From: Epithemia pelagica
Taxonomy: Eukaryota > Protista > Bacillariophyta
DNA length: 64,000 bases
Assembly (NCBI GenBank): GCA_946965045.2
Contig: OX337231.1
Coordinates: 1,674,001 to 1,738,000 of the forward strand
Direction of reading: 5' to 3'
Shown: in pieces, positions 11,854-22,171 of the stretch
Layout: every line of letters begins with the position of its first letter
Numbering within the stretch: position 1 is the first letter of the stretch
The notes under the pieces: generated by a model
Told to the model about the DNA's origin: nothing
The model's database searches: none
The model's input: the letters and a program-made list of their open reading frames with translations, nothing else
Position numbers and translations under genes: made by a program

Positions 11854-11867
11854 TGAGACTGTTAATC
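11854..11867 (-). promoter_or_regulatory. Putative primer-binding site complementary to a tRNA-Asn(GUU) anticodon arm
   Basis: Immediately after the 5' LTR end (CA) the minus strand reads GATTAACAGTCTCA. Its complement TGAGA-CTGTTAA-TC reads as a 5-nt stem, a 7-nt GTT anticodon loop and the start of the 3' stem. There is no TGG-type PBS. Confidence 0.6.
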
Positions 11868-12390
11868 TGACAAAAGATGAAGGACTCCGGTCGTTACGAC
11901 ACAACAATCAAAGATACAACAAAGCGTTAGACAATTCAAGGCACCAACCACGTAGCCAATCCCCCACGGGTCAAGGAAAAGGCCAACAACTACTAGAAGA
12001 GTAGGTAGGACACAAAGAGATGTGATGATGATGCTTTTTAGAATTGTGAGTGTTATCGTCTATGTTAGTGCTCGTTGTTGTTGTTTCCCCTTTTCCATCC
12101 ATTTGTACTAGGTACGTAGAAATCTACACGCAGCATTGCTGGTTCGTGTGCATCTGACATCTAGATCGCATTCAATCGTCCCAAGATATCGCACATGTTC
12201 ATGGATGATGTCTAGCTCATGTCCAAGGCCATTGAAAGCGCCTCCTATCGTATTCCCTTTCTCCCCATTGTCTAAACTACGATCTACATGTGCTAGGTGT
12301 TTGTATATTATGACGTCACAGCCAGATGAAACCACTAGGTATTGATCGTGACTCATCGTACGATCAGTCACGGTCATCTACCTTGTGCGA
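11868..12390 (-). repeat. 5' LTR (523 bp)
   Basis: Identical to 4672-5194. Contains a TGACGTCA palindrome at 12311-12318. Confidence 0.95.
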
Positions 12391-12665
12391 TTTCAGATTG
12401 CTACTTTATTTATAGATAAATGCCAGGTGGAATTCTAAAGTCTTTGGAGATAACTTTAATATAGCCTCCGAACATTTCTAAGCTCATAGTTCGCAGGGAA
12501 CCGGCGGGTTTCCGGAGACTTGAACCCCAGGAAGAGTGAAACTCATAGGGAAAGGGGAACGTCGTGTTTAAAATTTTTAATTTTTCTAGTCGTAGAATAC
12601 CGGACCCGAGCGAAAGAGTTTGCCCGAGGAAAAGAGGCAACAAACTGACAAGATCATGCTCTCAA

Positions 12666-14249
12666 ATGGACCAGCCAAGGTTCTCGGACCGTAGCTCAAA
12701 CAAACCAGAGCAAGCAAACGCAACGGAGCAAACTAATATGAGGGAACAACCGAATCGTAATGCGCTCTTCTTCTCTGCCTCAGCTCTTAGCCCTGTGATG
12801 CAACCGCCACCACAGGTTTCGGGGGATCATTTCAGGAGTATGATGGAACCTAACGTTGGGATGCCTCTTTTGATGCATCCAGAAGACAAGCTGAAATCAT
12901 CAGGCAAACAGAAAACTCAAGAATTACCTCAAGTATTTCCAGAAAAACTGGATCCAAACATGCACATGCTTTCTCCAGAGCAAAAGGGTGCACGCTGGCA
13001 TCATCAGCACTCGATTTCACAAGACTTACAGTCGGACGGACAGCATGGGCAAGATGATTTGGCATTTGCGACAACAGACGGGGGATCTAACGAGAGGCCC
13101 AACGATAACCGCGGATATGCGTCCAATGATCCTTTTTCAGCCGATGGAGAACCTTTACCGGCCCATGACGTACAACGTCAACCAGGTGGTGGTGGAGCTC
13201 CCCCTCATGTGGAGAACCTGCTTCGAGAAATGCCATCAATAGGTTTCATAGAGAATCATGCCTCTATGGGAAATCTTAACAGTGCCCTGTGGACTGGGCT
13301 GGGTGGAGGGCGCTCGTCATCTACAGCTCAACGCTCATTGCGGAACAGCGGTCGGGATGAACTGTTGGGAAGTCTTCATTGCAGTCATCCTGGAGACCCA
13401 GGCCACAGTGGAGCTGCGGTAGCCCACCGTGGCTTGCAAATGACGAATAACCCATACGACCCTCTCTTGTATGGAAATTCGAGACAAAGCCAAGAGTTCT
13501 CGACTCATGGTCTTCAGCGCATGCTGTCATCAGAGCAAACTAATTCAACCATTGGTCGTGCTGTTGATCAACATTCACAAATGCAACTGAACTGGACGTC
13601 TCCTTATCAAAACCAATTATCCAATCTTCAGCAAAATATGAGAAACCAGCTCGCTGGATTCGAAGGAACATTTCAGCCCCAACTGCAACCTAGCCAGGAT
13701 TTGAGTCCTCAGGGAGAACCTCATGTTGCAGCGCCGGCATCTCCTCGCAAAGCTACGAAGAGAAGGCGAGCGAAAACCTTTCCCCAAAAGTTTATGGATA
13801 CACTGATAAAGCACGCTTCAGACGATGCTGTGAAGTGGTTACCGGATGGGAGGTCGTTTTTGATTGTTGACGACACAGCATTTGTCGAGAAAGTTCTCAG
13901 TCATGACTTTAAAGCATCGAAATACAGCAGCTTTGTTAGAAAGCTTCACAGATGGGGTTTTGTACGCATCACTTCAGGAGCGGGGAAAGACTGCTTTCAT
14001 CATCCCTTGTTCCAGAGGGATCGGTGCGAGTTGGCTGGCGAAATAACTGCAGTTCCACACCTGAAGCAACCACCAGCGAAAAGAGGACGACAAGATGGTT
14101 CGGGTCAAAAATCCGATCCAGAAGACACCGACATAGGTCAAGGTGTTCCTGAAAACGACAATGCTGTGGAAATACCGGAGCCAGACCCATTTCCTCCAGA
14201 CACGGAGGATTTGGGTCCAATCGATGATGTTTGGGATTCCGACGATTGA
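12666..14249 (+). CDS. Heat-shock-factor (HSF-type DNA-binding domain) transcription factor; long Q/S/G-rich N-terminus, DBD near the C-terminus
   Basis: FPQKFMDTL...VKWLPDGRSFLIVD...FVEKVL..DFKASKYSSFVRKLHRWGF...FHHPLFQRD is an HSF DBD. First ATG at 12666; the ORF track opens at 12564. Confidence 0.9.
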   Translation: MDQPRFSDRSSNKPEQANATEQTNMREQPNRNALFFSASALSPVMQPPPQVSGDHFRSMMEPNVGMPLLMHPEDKLKSSGKQKTQELPQVFPEKLDPNMHMLSPEQKGARWHHQHSISQDLQSDGQHGQDDLAFATTDGGSNERPNDNRGYASNDPFSADGEPLPAHDVQRQPGGGGAPPHVENLLREMPSIGFIENHASMGNLNSALWTGLGGGRSSSTAQRSLRNSGRDELLGSLHCSHPGDPGHSGAAVAHRGLQMTNNPYDPLLYGNSRQSQEFSTHGLQRMLSSEQTNSTIGRAVDQHSQMQLNWTSPYQNQLSNLQQNMRNQLAGFEGTFQPQLQPSQDLSPQGEPHVAAPASPRKATKRRRAKTFPQKFMDTLIKHASDDAVKWLPDGRSFLIVDDTAFVEKVLSHDFKASKYSSFVRKLHRWGFVRITSGAGKDCFHHPLFQRDRCELAGEITAVPHLKQPPAKRGRQDGSGQKSDPEDTDIGQGVPENDNAVEIPEPDPFPPDTEDLGPIDDVWDSDD

Positions 14250-14706
14250 CCGTAGTGTGTGATTCTCTTAGTTCGACAAACTCACCCAACGATCGTTTGC
14301 GCATGCAATGTTAAGCAAGGAAGAACATCAATACCATGCCCTCTCAAGTCGGATGCAGTTTTTGTTTTCTTCCTCAAACATAACAGCCTAGATATAGAGC
14401 AAGGTTTTCCCTTTTCACAAAAACTCAAAATGAACCCAGTTTGACGCATAAGCTTGTGCAGATATCATTTGGCAAGCAACTAGGTACTCGTAGAGAGGTA
14501 GGAGTAGCTCGGAAGCTCCTCTATTTGGAATTTGGAGTACCTTAGCTGGAATAGTGCTCTCCGACGGTCGACAGACAGAGGATACCCCAATTGCTATCCA
14601 CACAACATATCCGAAAAGTGCTGTTGGATCTCGTTCTGTCTCTCACCGGCAACAAGGTCAACGAGCCGTCAATCATCAGCACATTCTGATTTTGACCCTC
14701 CCTGCA

Positions 14707-15791
14707 ATGAGTGGACGAGGTTTTGGTCGAGGTGGTGGTCGAGGGGGTAGGTCCCCCGGCCGAGGAGGACGAGGTCGAGGCGGAGAAGGTCGAGGAAGAG
14801 GCCGCGGTGGCGGACGGTAGGTTCACAGCGCAGTTTCAGAATTCCAGGCAGTATGTCTTACATTGGTCCATATTGTTCCATAGAGGTGGAGGAGGACGCG
14901 GCGGCCGCGGTGGTCGTGGTAGTGGAAGAGGTGGTGGCCGTGGTGGCCGTGGCGGTGGCATGAAGGGTGGAAGCAAGGTTGTGGTCGAACCCCACCGTCA
15001 CGAAGGTATCTTTGTGGCTCGTGGAAAAGAAGATGCACTTGTAACACTAAACAGTACACCTGGTGTTGCGGTCTACGGGGAAAAGCGAATAACGGTAGAA
15101 GTACCTCCTACAAACGGTGACTCCACGCCACAGAAAGTTGAATATCGTGTTTGGAACCCGTTCCGATCGAAATGTACGTGACTGCCCTTAGAGTGGCGAA
15201 AGCCGCGTACTTTGATGGCTCATCTTACATGTTGCTCTATGATCAGTGGCAGCTGCAGTTTTGGGAGGTGTGGAGAGCATTTGGATCGAACCGGGGAGCA
15301 AAGTTCTGTACATTGGAGCAGCTGCTGGTACCAGTGTAAGTCACGTTTCCGATATAGTCGGTCCAAATGGGGCCGTATACGCAGTAGAATTCAGTCACCG
15401 CCCTGGCCGTGATTTGTTAGGTGTGGCAAAGCAACGAACAAACATTATTCCAATAATAGAAGATGCGCGACACCCACTGAAGTACAGGATGTTAATTGGT
15501 ATGGTTGACACTGTCTTTGCGGATGTGGCACAACCTGATCAAGCTCGAATTGTGGCTCTGAATTCGCACTATTTTTTGAAGAATGGAGGACACACTGTGA
15601 TAGCTATCAAAGCCTCATGTATTGACAGCACTGCAGCTCCTGAGGCAGTTTTTCGGAGAGAAGTGGACAAACTTAAGAACGAAAACTTCAAACCATTGGA
15701 ACAGCTCACACTGGAACCATACGAACGAGACCACTGCGTTATCATTGCTGAGTATCGACCAAAGAAAAAGAAAAAGAAGGATGAAAAGTAA
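14707..15791 (+). CDS. FBL: Fibrillarin, box C/D snoRNP rRNA 2'-O-methyltransferase; exons 14707-14816, 14884-15173, 15247-15791
   Basis: RGG-rich GAR domain, then [11 protein letters not shown]|[50 protein letters not shown] introns restore the frame. Confidence 0.97.
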
Positions 15792-16100
15792 ACTGATGTT
15801 ACCTCTGTGCGTTGAATCACATCAAGGGACGTGGAACGATGATATGGAGTTCTAATCAAAGAAAAGACGAGAGCTTCTGCAAGGTGTCCCTATTTATATC
15901 GTCAAACTATTAGTTTTCTCGTTCCTAGTTATCATCGATCATATGAATACAATCTGAAGAGAAAAGGAAGACACTAAACTTCTCGATAGTTCGATTGGGG
16001 CAAGAGTGGACTTCGCCGTTCGAAATATTATCAGTACTAAGTCATTGAATCCATGGCGTAAAATGAATGCTGCGATATGGAAACCGACCAACGAGACACC

Positions 16101-16631
16101 TCAAAGACCATAGTTAAGCCGAAAGACATCGTTGTGCACGTAGCTGAAAACAACAAAGATCTGCGTGAGGAGGCTACCTCTGCAAATGAAAAAAGAAAAT
16201 ACTGTCGCCACGTACTATGCGTTTGGTCCAGTGCTGATCAATTGAAATAGCTCACAAAAGTGCAGAGGGTTGCCACCATCGATTGAGATTGTTCCTGTCA
16301 CAAAAATTAGAATTGCACTGTTGCTATTACTGGGTTGTACATCGGTGGATTTCACTTGATGGGAAACCTTGCCAATTTGCTTCAGTTTTCCGATAATAGC
16401 TTCGGTGCCCTGGAATTGTTGTCCTTCGAATGTCATCATTGATGAAGCATTCTATCATTAACACAGAGAATGTCATTGGAAAAGACAAAATACAATATGA
16501 GTGCCGAAGATATCGGGGTCATCTTGTGCGCCAAGCACACTCACGTAAAGTCCTGCTAGATGCTGCGCATCTGTCGCAAAAGTTTTGTAGAAATGCTGAA
16601 TGAAGGCATTCGCAACCTCCTCCGCCGACAT
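16101..16631 (-). CDS. NTF2: Nuclear transport factor 2; exons 16631-16545, 16451-~16216, ~16144-16101
   Basis: Spliced product MSAEEVANAFIQHFY...LY|NASSMMTFEGQQFQG...ILIFVTG...FCELFQL...Y|YVHNDVFRLNYGL. Confidence 0.93.
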
Positions 16632-17498
16632 GACTCCTTGCTTCCCTCGGGCTTTTCTCGTGTTTCCATAAGCTGAATCCTCTATCGAAGCAGACAACAC
16701 CACCGTTTGCTTGGAAGCCTACGGTAGGCGCACGTACCGTCGCTCCCGTATCTGCGAGTCTTGAATGCGAGTCCCTTTCCTCTATTCCCCAGCGGGTGTT
16801 ACTTTAAGGGTGAACTTTGTTCTATCCACAAAACTACAACCTCCGAAACATACCCGCTGTAGGTTACAATGTTTTAGGAGTACTAGCTCTGGGAGCCGAG
16901 TCACGATCACACAAGACTCCCCTACCGATACTGTATTGTATTGTACAGTATGTATTGTAGTCCATATTCCATACGGTAACAGACAGTCCAGAATTGTCAC
17001 AAACGTCATGGTTGGCATTAATGTTTAAATTTCAAACTTCAAAATATCTGTTGTACAATATTCTCTACACTGCATTTGAAAAATCGCCAAGAACGTTATT
17101 TTCAAATGTGTTGGGTGTTGGATGTCGGATGCCATCATTATATGATATGCGTTGAATGTGAAGCTAACACCTGGAGAGCTGTTGAACCACTCCTTGTTGC
17201 AAATTGCAAAGCAAAGGCGACGACGAAAGAAAGCAAGGAACGAATCAAGGTATGTCAATGTATTGGGAAATGTGATGTATGAAAAAGTTGTATCGTATTC
17301 GAGAACGGAGCCGTTCGATGGTTCTCATTCGCAGCAAGCATCAGTGCATGGGCTGCTGTGCAGTCGTCGGTATCTAAACTGACGACATTTCACTCGAAAC
17401 ATTGTACACTTCGGTTTGGAGCTTCACCAATTGTTTTGAGGAGATTGCACACGAGAAAGGAACCCTCAGATTCTTTTTCTCTTTTGCACCCGATAAAG

Positions 17499-18038
17499 AT
17501 GAAGCATCAAAGATCATTACTTTTTCTCTCTTTCCTGTTGGTTCTGTTATTGCTGACAACAACGGTTGCCTCGGATGAAAGTGAAGAGGTCGTTTCTCTT
17601 GATGACACCCAACCATCTTTGGAAGCAGATGATGTGGCTCCTGTTGTGGCACCGGACGAGGACGTAGCAGTAGACGCCCCTATAGCAGATGTCGAAGAAG
17701 GTGCTGTAGATGTTGATGAAAGTGTGGAAGATTCTACGGAACAGGCGGAGGAGGAATCAATGGATGCAGCAGAGACTGTTGAAGAAGTTGCTGAAGAAGT
17801 CGAAGCCTCTGATGCAGCACCTGTGGACGAAAGCACTTCCGCTCCGTCTTCAAGCTACGAAAAGGCAAGCCCACTGTCCAAAGTAAAGGCGTTCTTTTCA
17901 AAGAACAAAAAGAAGGTGGCGGGAGGCGTTCTGGTAGCATGGGGTATCTCATTGGGCGTCGGTTGGGTGAGTTCGAGGGGTGGTAAGCCATCTCAGCAAG
18001 ACGTATATCCAGTCCCTTCCAAACAAAAAGGGCGTTAA
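17499..18038 (+). CDS. Hypothetical acidic secretory-pathway protein (signal peptide, E/D-rich body, C-terminal hydrophobic segment)
   Basis: MKHQRSLLFLSFLLVLLLLTTTVAS signal-like start; VAGGVLVAWGISLGVGWV TM-like stretch. Confidence 0.75.
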   Translation: MKHQRSLLFLSFLLVLLLLTTTVASDESEEVVSLDDTQPSLEADDVAPVVAPDEDVAVDAPIADVEEGAVDVDESVEDSTEQAEEESMDAAETVEEVAEEVEASDAAPVDESTSAPSSSYEKASPLSKVKAFFSKNKKKVAGGVLVAWGISLGVGWVSSRGGKPSQQDVYPVPSKQKGR

Positions 18039-18124
18039 TGACAACAAGAACATGAGAGTACTTCACCTGTAACAGTCATAATCATTGTGTCCAAAGAATC
18101 GGTCATTTGGATCAGGCTTGACTA

Positions 18125-18927
18125 TCAAGTGTCATAGCTGGAACTGTTGTTTGCGAGGGACTCAGGGTCATGATTGTTTTCTTCATCAAACCCTTGCGCG
18201 TCATTCTCAATGTCGTGATCGTGTTCATTGTCATCTTCGTTGTTCTCTTCGGAAGACAACTCAACGTGACTTTCCATCCTGCTAGGGTGGAGGCTGCTTT
18301 CCTCCTCCTCGTCACGTTGCGAACTTACCAGGGCCTTGTTCTTCCATTCAGTTCTATCGGTAGGGTCGAGGTCCTTCCATAGTTTGGCGACCAAGGCTAT
18401 TATCTCCCTACTCTGCAGGCCAGGGCTATTTTCCTTGACATCAGGATACTTTTCTCTCATAAAAAGCGTGTATCCAGTGTATTGTCGTTTTTGTCTTTTT
18501 GGGTTTGCTTTGCGTACACGGGCCTTTGGTTTCCGACCCCGTTTCTTGCCCTGGATAGTGAAAAAGGCAGGATGTTCACTCAGGTTAGCGTCAAGTCACC
18601 TTTTTTTAGAATTTGACTAATCCTGATTCCGTCAACAACCGTGACTCACCGCATACTTAGGAATACCCTTCTCATCCACAGGAGGAAGATCCTCTGGGAC
18701 CATCTCTAGCAACAAAAGGAGAAAGGATTTACATGAGCGAGCAAATACACACCTTCCCCAAGGCCCTGCCACGTACCGTATCTTTGTTGGATATCACGGG
18801 ATATTCCAAAAGACTGTGCCAACTGTTCAGCTTGAAATCGAAAGGACTTTGCCTTCTGTTCAGCCGCATCAGCTTCCGATCGCATGAAAGCAACCAGAGC
18901 TAGCGCTGAAGCCCGCTCTCTGCTCAT
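18125..18927 (-). CDS. HMG-box protein, multi-exon (5' end uncertain; may extend to ~19110)
   Basis: Last exon KRQYTGYTLFMREKYPDVKENSPGLQSREIIALVAKLWKDLDPTDRTEWKNKA is an HMG box, followed by an acidic tail. Upstream exons MSRERASAL... and MVPEDLPPVDEKGIPKYA are bounded by GT/AG. Confidence 0.85.
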
Positions 18928-19358
18928 TGGTGTTTCTGGTTTGAGAGAGATGGATTGCTATTAAGAGCAATTCGAGATGGTGAGTCTTGGCAAAGAAAAA
19001 ATGATGAAATCTCTGACCACTGACCACGACCAGGAAAAGCAAACGCGGAGAGCGCACACGCATCGCTGAATTGTGGGGGTGGTGGTTGGTGGTAGTCGTG
19101 ATACATCATAATCATACATCATACATACATTGTGCCGATTGCCTCCGGCCTACTACAATAGAAGATAGACGTCCATGGTTTAATGGTTGTATGGATTGGG
19201 GAGGTGGAGATTGGAGATATAAGTGGCGTGTGAGATTCATCGTGGATTGACGCAAACGAAAGTGTGGTTGACAATCATTGAACAGTCGTGGAATAAGCTT
19301 TCTTCATCATCTTGACATAAAACCCCGCTCGTACACCTTTTGCAGGGAGTTCTAGCAA

Positions 19359-20498
19359 ATGTCTTCACTTGCCTCATCGAGTTCACCATCTGTGAGCTTG
19401 ATTAATCGGAAAACAGATGTGGATTCTACGAACAAACGAAGGCGTAGTACTCGCGGAAACGCCTCAATTCGTGAACTCGCCCAGCACATTGTGAAAGGTG
19501 AAAAGAAAATTCTTATTGTAACTGGTGCAGGTGTCTCCGTTGCCTCTGGTGTTCGCCCTTTCCGAACATTCAATGGGAAATACCTGTCAGATCCCAAGAA
19601 GCATGGAGTTGTACCAACAACAGCAGGACTGTGGAATGATGTCATTTGGACAACGGCAACTCGAGAGGCCTTTCGGAAGGACCCTGCCAGATGGTACAAT
19701 GAGTTCTGGATTCCTCACTTCATGAAGGGAGGCGCAAAATTTCCAAACATCGGACATTATGCATTAAAAGAGATCCTGGAAGAATTCCCGAACGTGACAC
19801 AGATAACGCAGAATATTGATGGCCTGCAGGCAAATTCTGAAAGACTGATCGAAGCTCATGGACGTGTTGGGTTGTACAAGTGCCTTGGTGATGGTGACAG
19901 CGACACTGATTCAGATTCTGACGATGACGAAGATAGGCCTGTGCACTTAGGCCACCGCCGAAAGTCTCGTGAAAGAGTGAAACAAACGAAAACCCCAAAT
20001 CATTGTCCTTATCGATTCATGAAGTCGTTGGATGCGAGGCAGCTGGAACCGTCCGAGGTCCGCAATACTTTTTGCAAGTTACATACTTCAGGGGGGAAGG
20101 TAGAACCAATTGTCCAAGCACCCATCTGTCCCAGATGTGGAGCTCTTGTTCTTCCACAGGCTCTTCTCTTCGACGAAGGTTATCATTCGCACGCGTTCTA
20201 CCAGTTTCAAAGGATGGAATCCTTGCTGGAGCATACCGATGTTCTCGTTTTTTGTGGAACTTCGTTTAGTGTCCAGCTTACAGTATCAGCGCTTGATATT
20301 GCAAAAGAACGTCATCTGCCAGTCTACAATTTCAATCTGCATGATCAGCTTGCACCAACCCCACGTCTGAACTCCATCAACGTTATCGGCCCTGCAGTGG
20401 AAACACTTCCACTGTTGATGACTACATGTCGTGAAGTAAGAGATGAACTGCGTCAACGACCCTCACGATCATGCAGGAGAAGACGAACTACGAGTTGA
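19359..20498 (+). CDS. Sirtuin (Sir2-family NAD-dependent deacylase)
   Basis: ILIVTGAGVSVASGVRPFR, ITQNIDGL, EAHG, CPRC, LLFDE, GTSFSV motifs. Confidence 0.92.
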   Translation: MSSLASSSSPSVSLINRKTDVDSTNKRRRSTRGNASIRELAQHIVKGEKKILIVTGAGVSVASGVRPFRTFNGKYLSDPKKHGVVPTTAGLWNDVIWTTATREAFRKDPARWYNEFWIPHFMKGGAKFPNIGHYALKEILEEFPNVTQITQNIDGLQANSERLIEAHGRVGLYKCLGDGDSDTDSDSDDDEDRPVHLGHRRKSRERVKQTKTPNHCPYRFMKSLDARQLEPSEVRNTFCKLHTSGGKVEPIVQAPICPRCGALVLPQALLFDEGYHSHAFYQFQRMESLLEHTDVLVFCGTSFSVQLTVSALDIAKERHLPVYNFNLHDQLAPTPRLNSINVIGPAVETLPLLMTTCREVRDELRQRPSRSCRRRRTTS

Positions 20499-20895
20499 TG
20501 AAAGATACTTACTTTGCTCCCAACCCAAACCATTGTATTTGCGGCTTATTTTTTCTCTTGTCCTTCCTCTAATATGACTCTGGATTGGAAAGTTGCCCTC
20601 GACGCCGACCTAGAAGCACGAACGCTGCCATGACGCATTGATAGGAGTCTACTCCTAGGAGTAGTTGATACTGCTACCCCTTCTTGGATATACTTTTTGA
20701 CAACTTCTCGAGGGTAGTTTCATCCATAGCGGAAGTCTAAGAAGTACTCCTATATGATTTTTGAATCGTGAATCGTGACTGACTCATGCCACGTGTGCAT
20801 GTATCAACAAAATTCCTTTCGAGTAATATCAACAAGAACGATGGCATTCACATTCACGTGAGTTGCCGTTGTATCATTACCAGTGTCATTTGTTC

Positions 20896-21473
20896 ATGAA
20901 GATGGTGTTTCGAACAAATTTTGAGTTAATCCTTTCTTCGATCGGATTGGTGCTCTCATGTTATGCACTGTACGTCGAGTACAAGATCGAACACAAAGAG
21001 CCTGAAGAAGAATTCACCTCTCTGTGTGACATCGATGCCATCGGGGCATCATGCAGGTAAGTGAAATAATACGACATAGTTGGATAAAGGCGACTAGTGG
21101 ATTTCATGTGTTTGGGATATCATCTGATTCATATCACTCGTTGTGCATCTGCAGTGCTGTATTTGCTCTTCCCGAAGGTCGTATGGTCAGTTACTTGGGA
21201 ATTGTGCCGAAAGGAAGCATTCTTGATATTCCCAATGGTCTCCTCGGTGTTCTTTTCTACGCCTACAGACTTTTCTTGGCCGACATTTTTCCACCACTGA
21301 CTCAGGTTGCGACGGCGTTGAGTTTCATGTCATCCGTGTTCCTCGCGTACAAATTGTTTTTTGTCCTGGGCGACCTCTGTGTCTTGTGTTTGTCGATCCA
21401 TGTGATTAATACGTTGTTGATGGTCCACATGGTTACGTCATCCATTCCAACCAAAAAGGTCAAAAGTCTTTAG
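20896..21473 (+). CDS. VKOR: Vitamin K epoxide reductase family protein; exons 20896-21056, 21155-21473
   Basis: GLVLSCYALYVE...SLCDIDAIGASC|SAVFALPEGR...NGLLGVLFY...LCVLCLSIHVIN: loop cysteines and CxxC active site are present. Confidence 0.9.
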
Positions 21474-21556
21474 AATGTCAACGAGCTTATAGTACAATAC
21501 ACCTAGAATACGATACCGTGTGTATTCGTGTAGGAAATTATCAAAGTCATAGCGTT

Positions 21557-22171
21557 TCAAGAGGCTGCCTCTGGAGAGCCCTCAAACCATGGAGGTGTTC
21601 CGGCCTCTTCCTTATCCACTCCAAGGCGTTTGGCCTGCCATTGACCCAACACGGCAGCAGCCTGCCAGTATGTCCATCCACGGACAGTTCCTTGCAAAAA
21701 GTAGTAGTCATCAACAACACCAGCCCATATTTGTTTTCCAAAAATTGACTCCTTACTGACGGACAAAAATTGCGAAGCCACGTCCAAGGACCACTTCCCT
21801 TCGGACTTGTCACCCCAGATGGCCACGTTCTTGCCATCTTCGTCCACAATCAAACGAACCCATGTTTCATCAATTCTGTCGCCAGATTGGTCCCAGTTTG
21901 TTCCCACAAGCCACTCACTCAAGACAAACTCGCTTTCAGTTAGTCTTTCGTACTCGACATACTCATATTCATCATCTTCCACGTATGGTTCTGCAGTAAT
22001 GGATTCTGCGCTGACAATTGTCCGGGAAGAAGTGGGCGTCAAATGCAATGGGGACGCTATTGTGAAGGCCCGAACTGCAAAACCATGCTGATAGCTGAAG
22101 CATAAAGCAAGCGCCATCATCGATATCGCGTTAGATACATTGGAAGCGGTCGTGGTACGCATGTTGTTCAT
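21557..22171 (-). CDS. Hypothetical plastid-targeted protein
   Basis: Hydrophobic signal, then VRA-F (ASAFAP-like cleavage) and an S/T-rich transit peptide. The Trp-rich body (GKWSLD, IWAGVVD, GTVRGW) looks like a conserved fold I cannot name. Confidence 0.75.
   Translation of the reverse strand: MNNMRTTTASNVSNAISMMALALCFSYQHGFAVRAFTIASPLHLTPTSSRTIVSAESITAEPYVEDDEYEYVEYERLTESEFVLSEWLVGTNWDQSGDRIDETWVRLIVDEDGKNVAIWGDKSEGKWSLDVASQFLSVSKESIFGKQIWAGVVDDYYFLQGTVRGWTYWQAAAVLGQWQAKRLGVDKEEAGTPPWFEGSPEAAS

Larger units (their letters stand above)
4672..12390 (-). mobile_element. Full-length CoDi-type Ty1/copia LTR retrotransposon, 7719 bp
   Basis: Two 523-bp direct repeats (offset 7196) flank a single 1875-aa gag-pol ORF in copia order PR-IN-RT-RH. 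PPT and putative PBS are present. TTTC is duplicated at 4668-4671 and 12391-12394. Confidence 0.97.

Noticed and set aside
17076-17382. Small ORFs with a possible GTATGT donor upstream of the acidic protein gene
   Set aside because: Could not build a convincing spliced model or recognise a domain.
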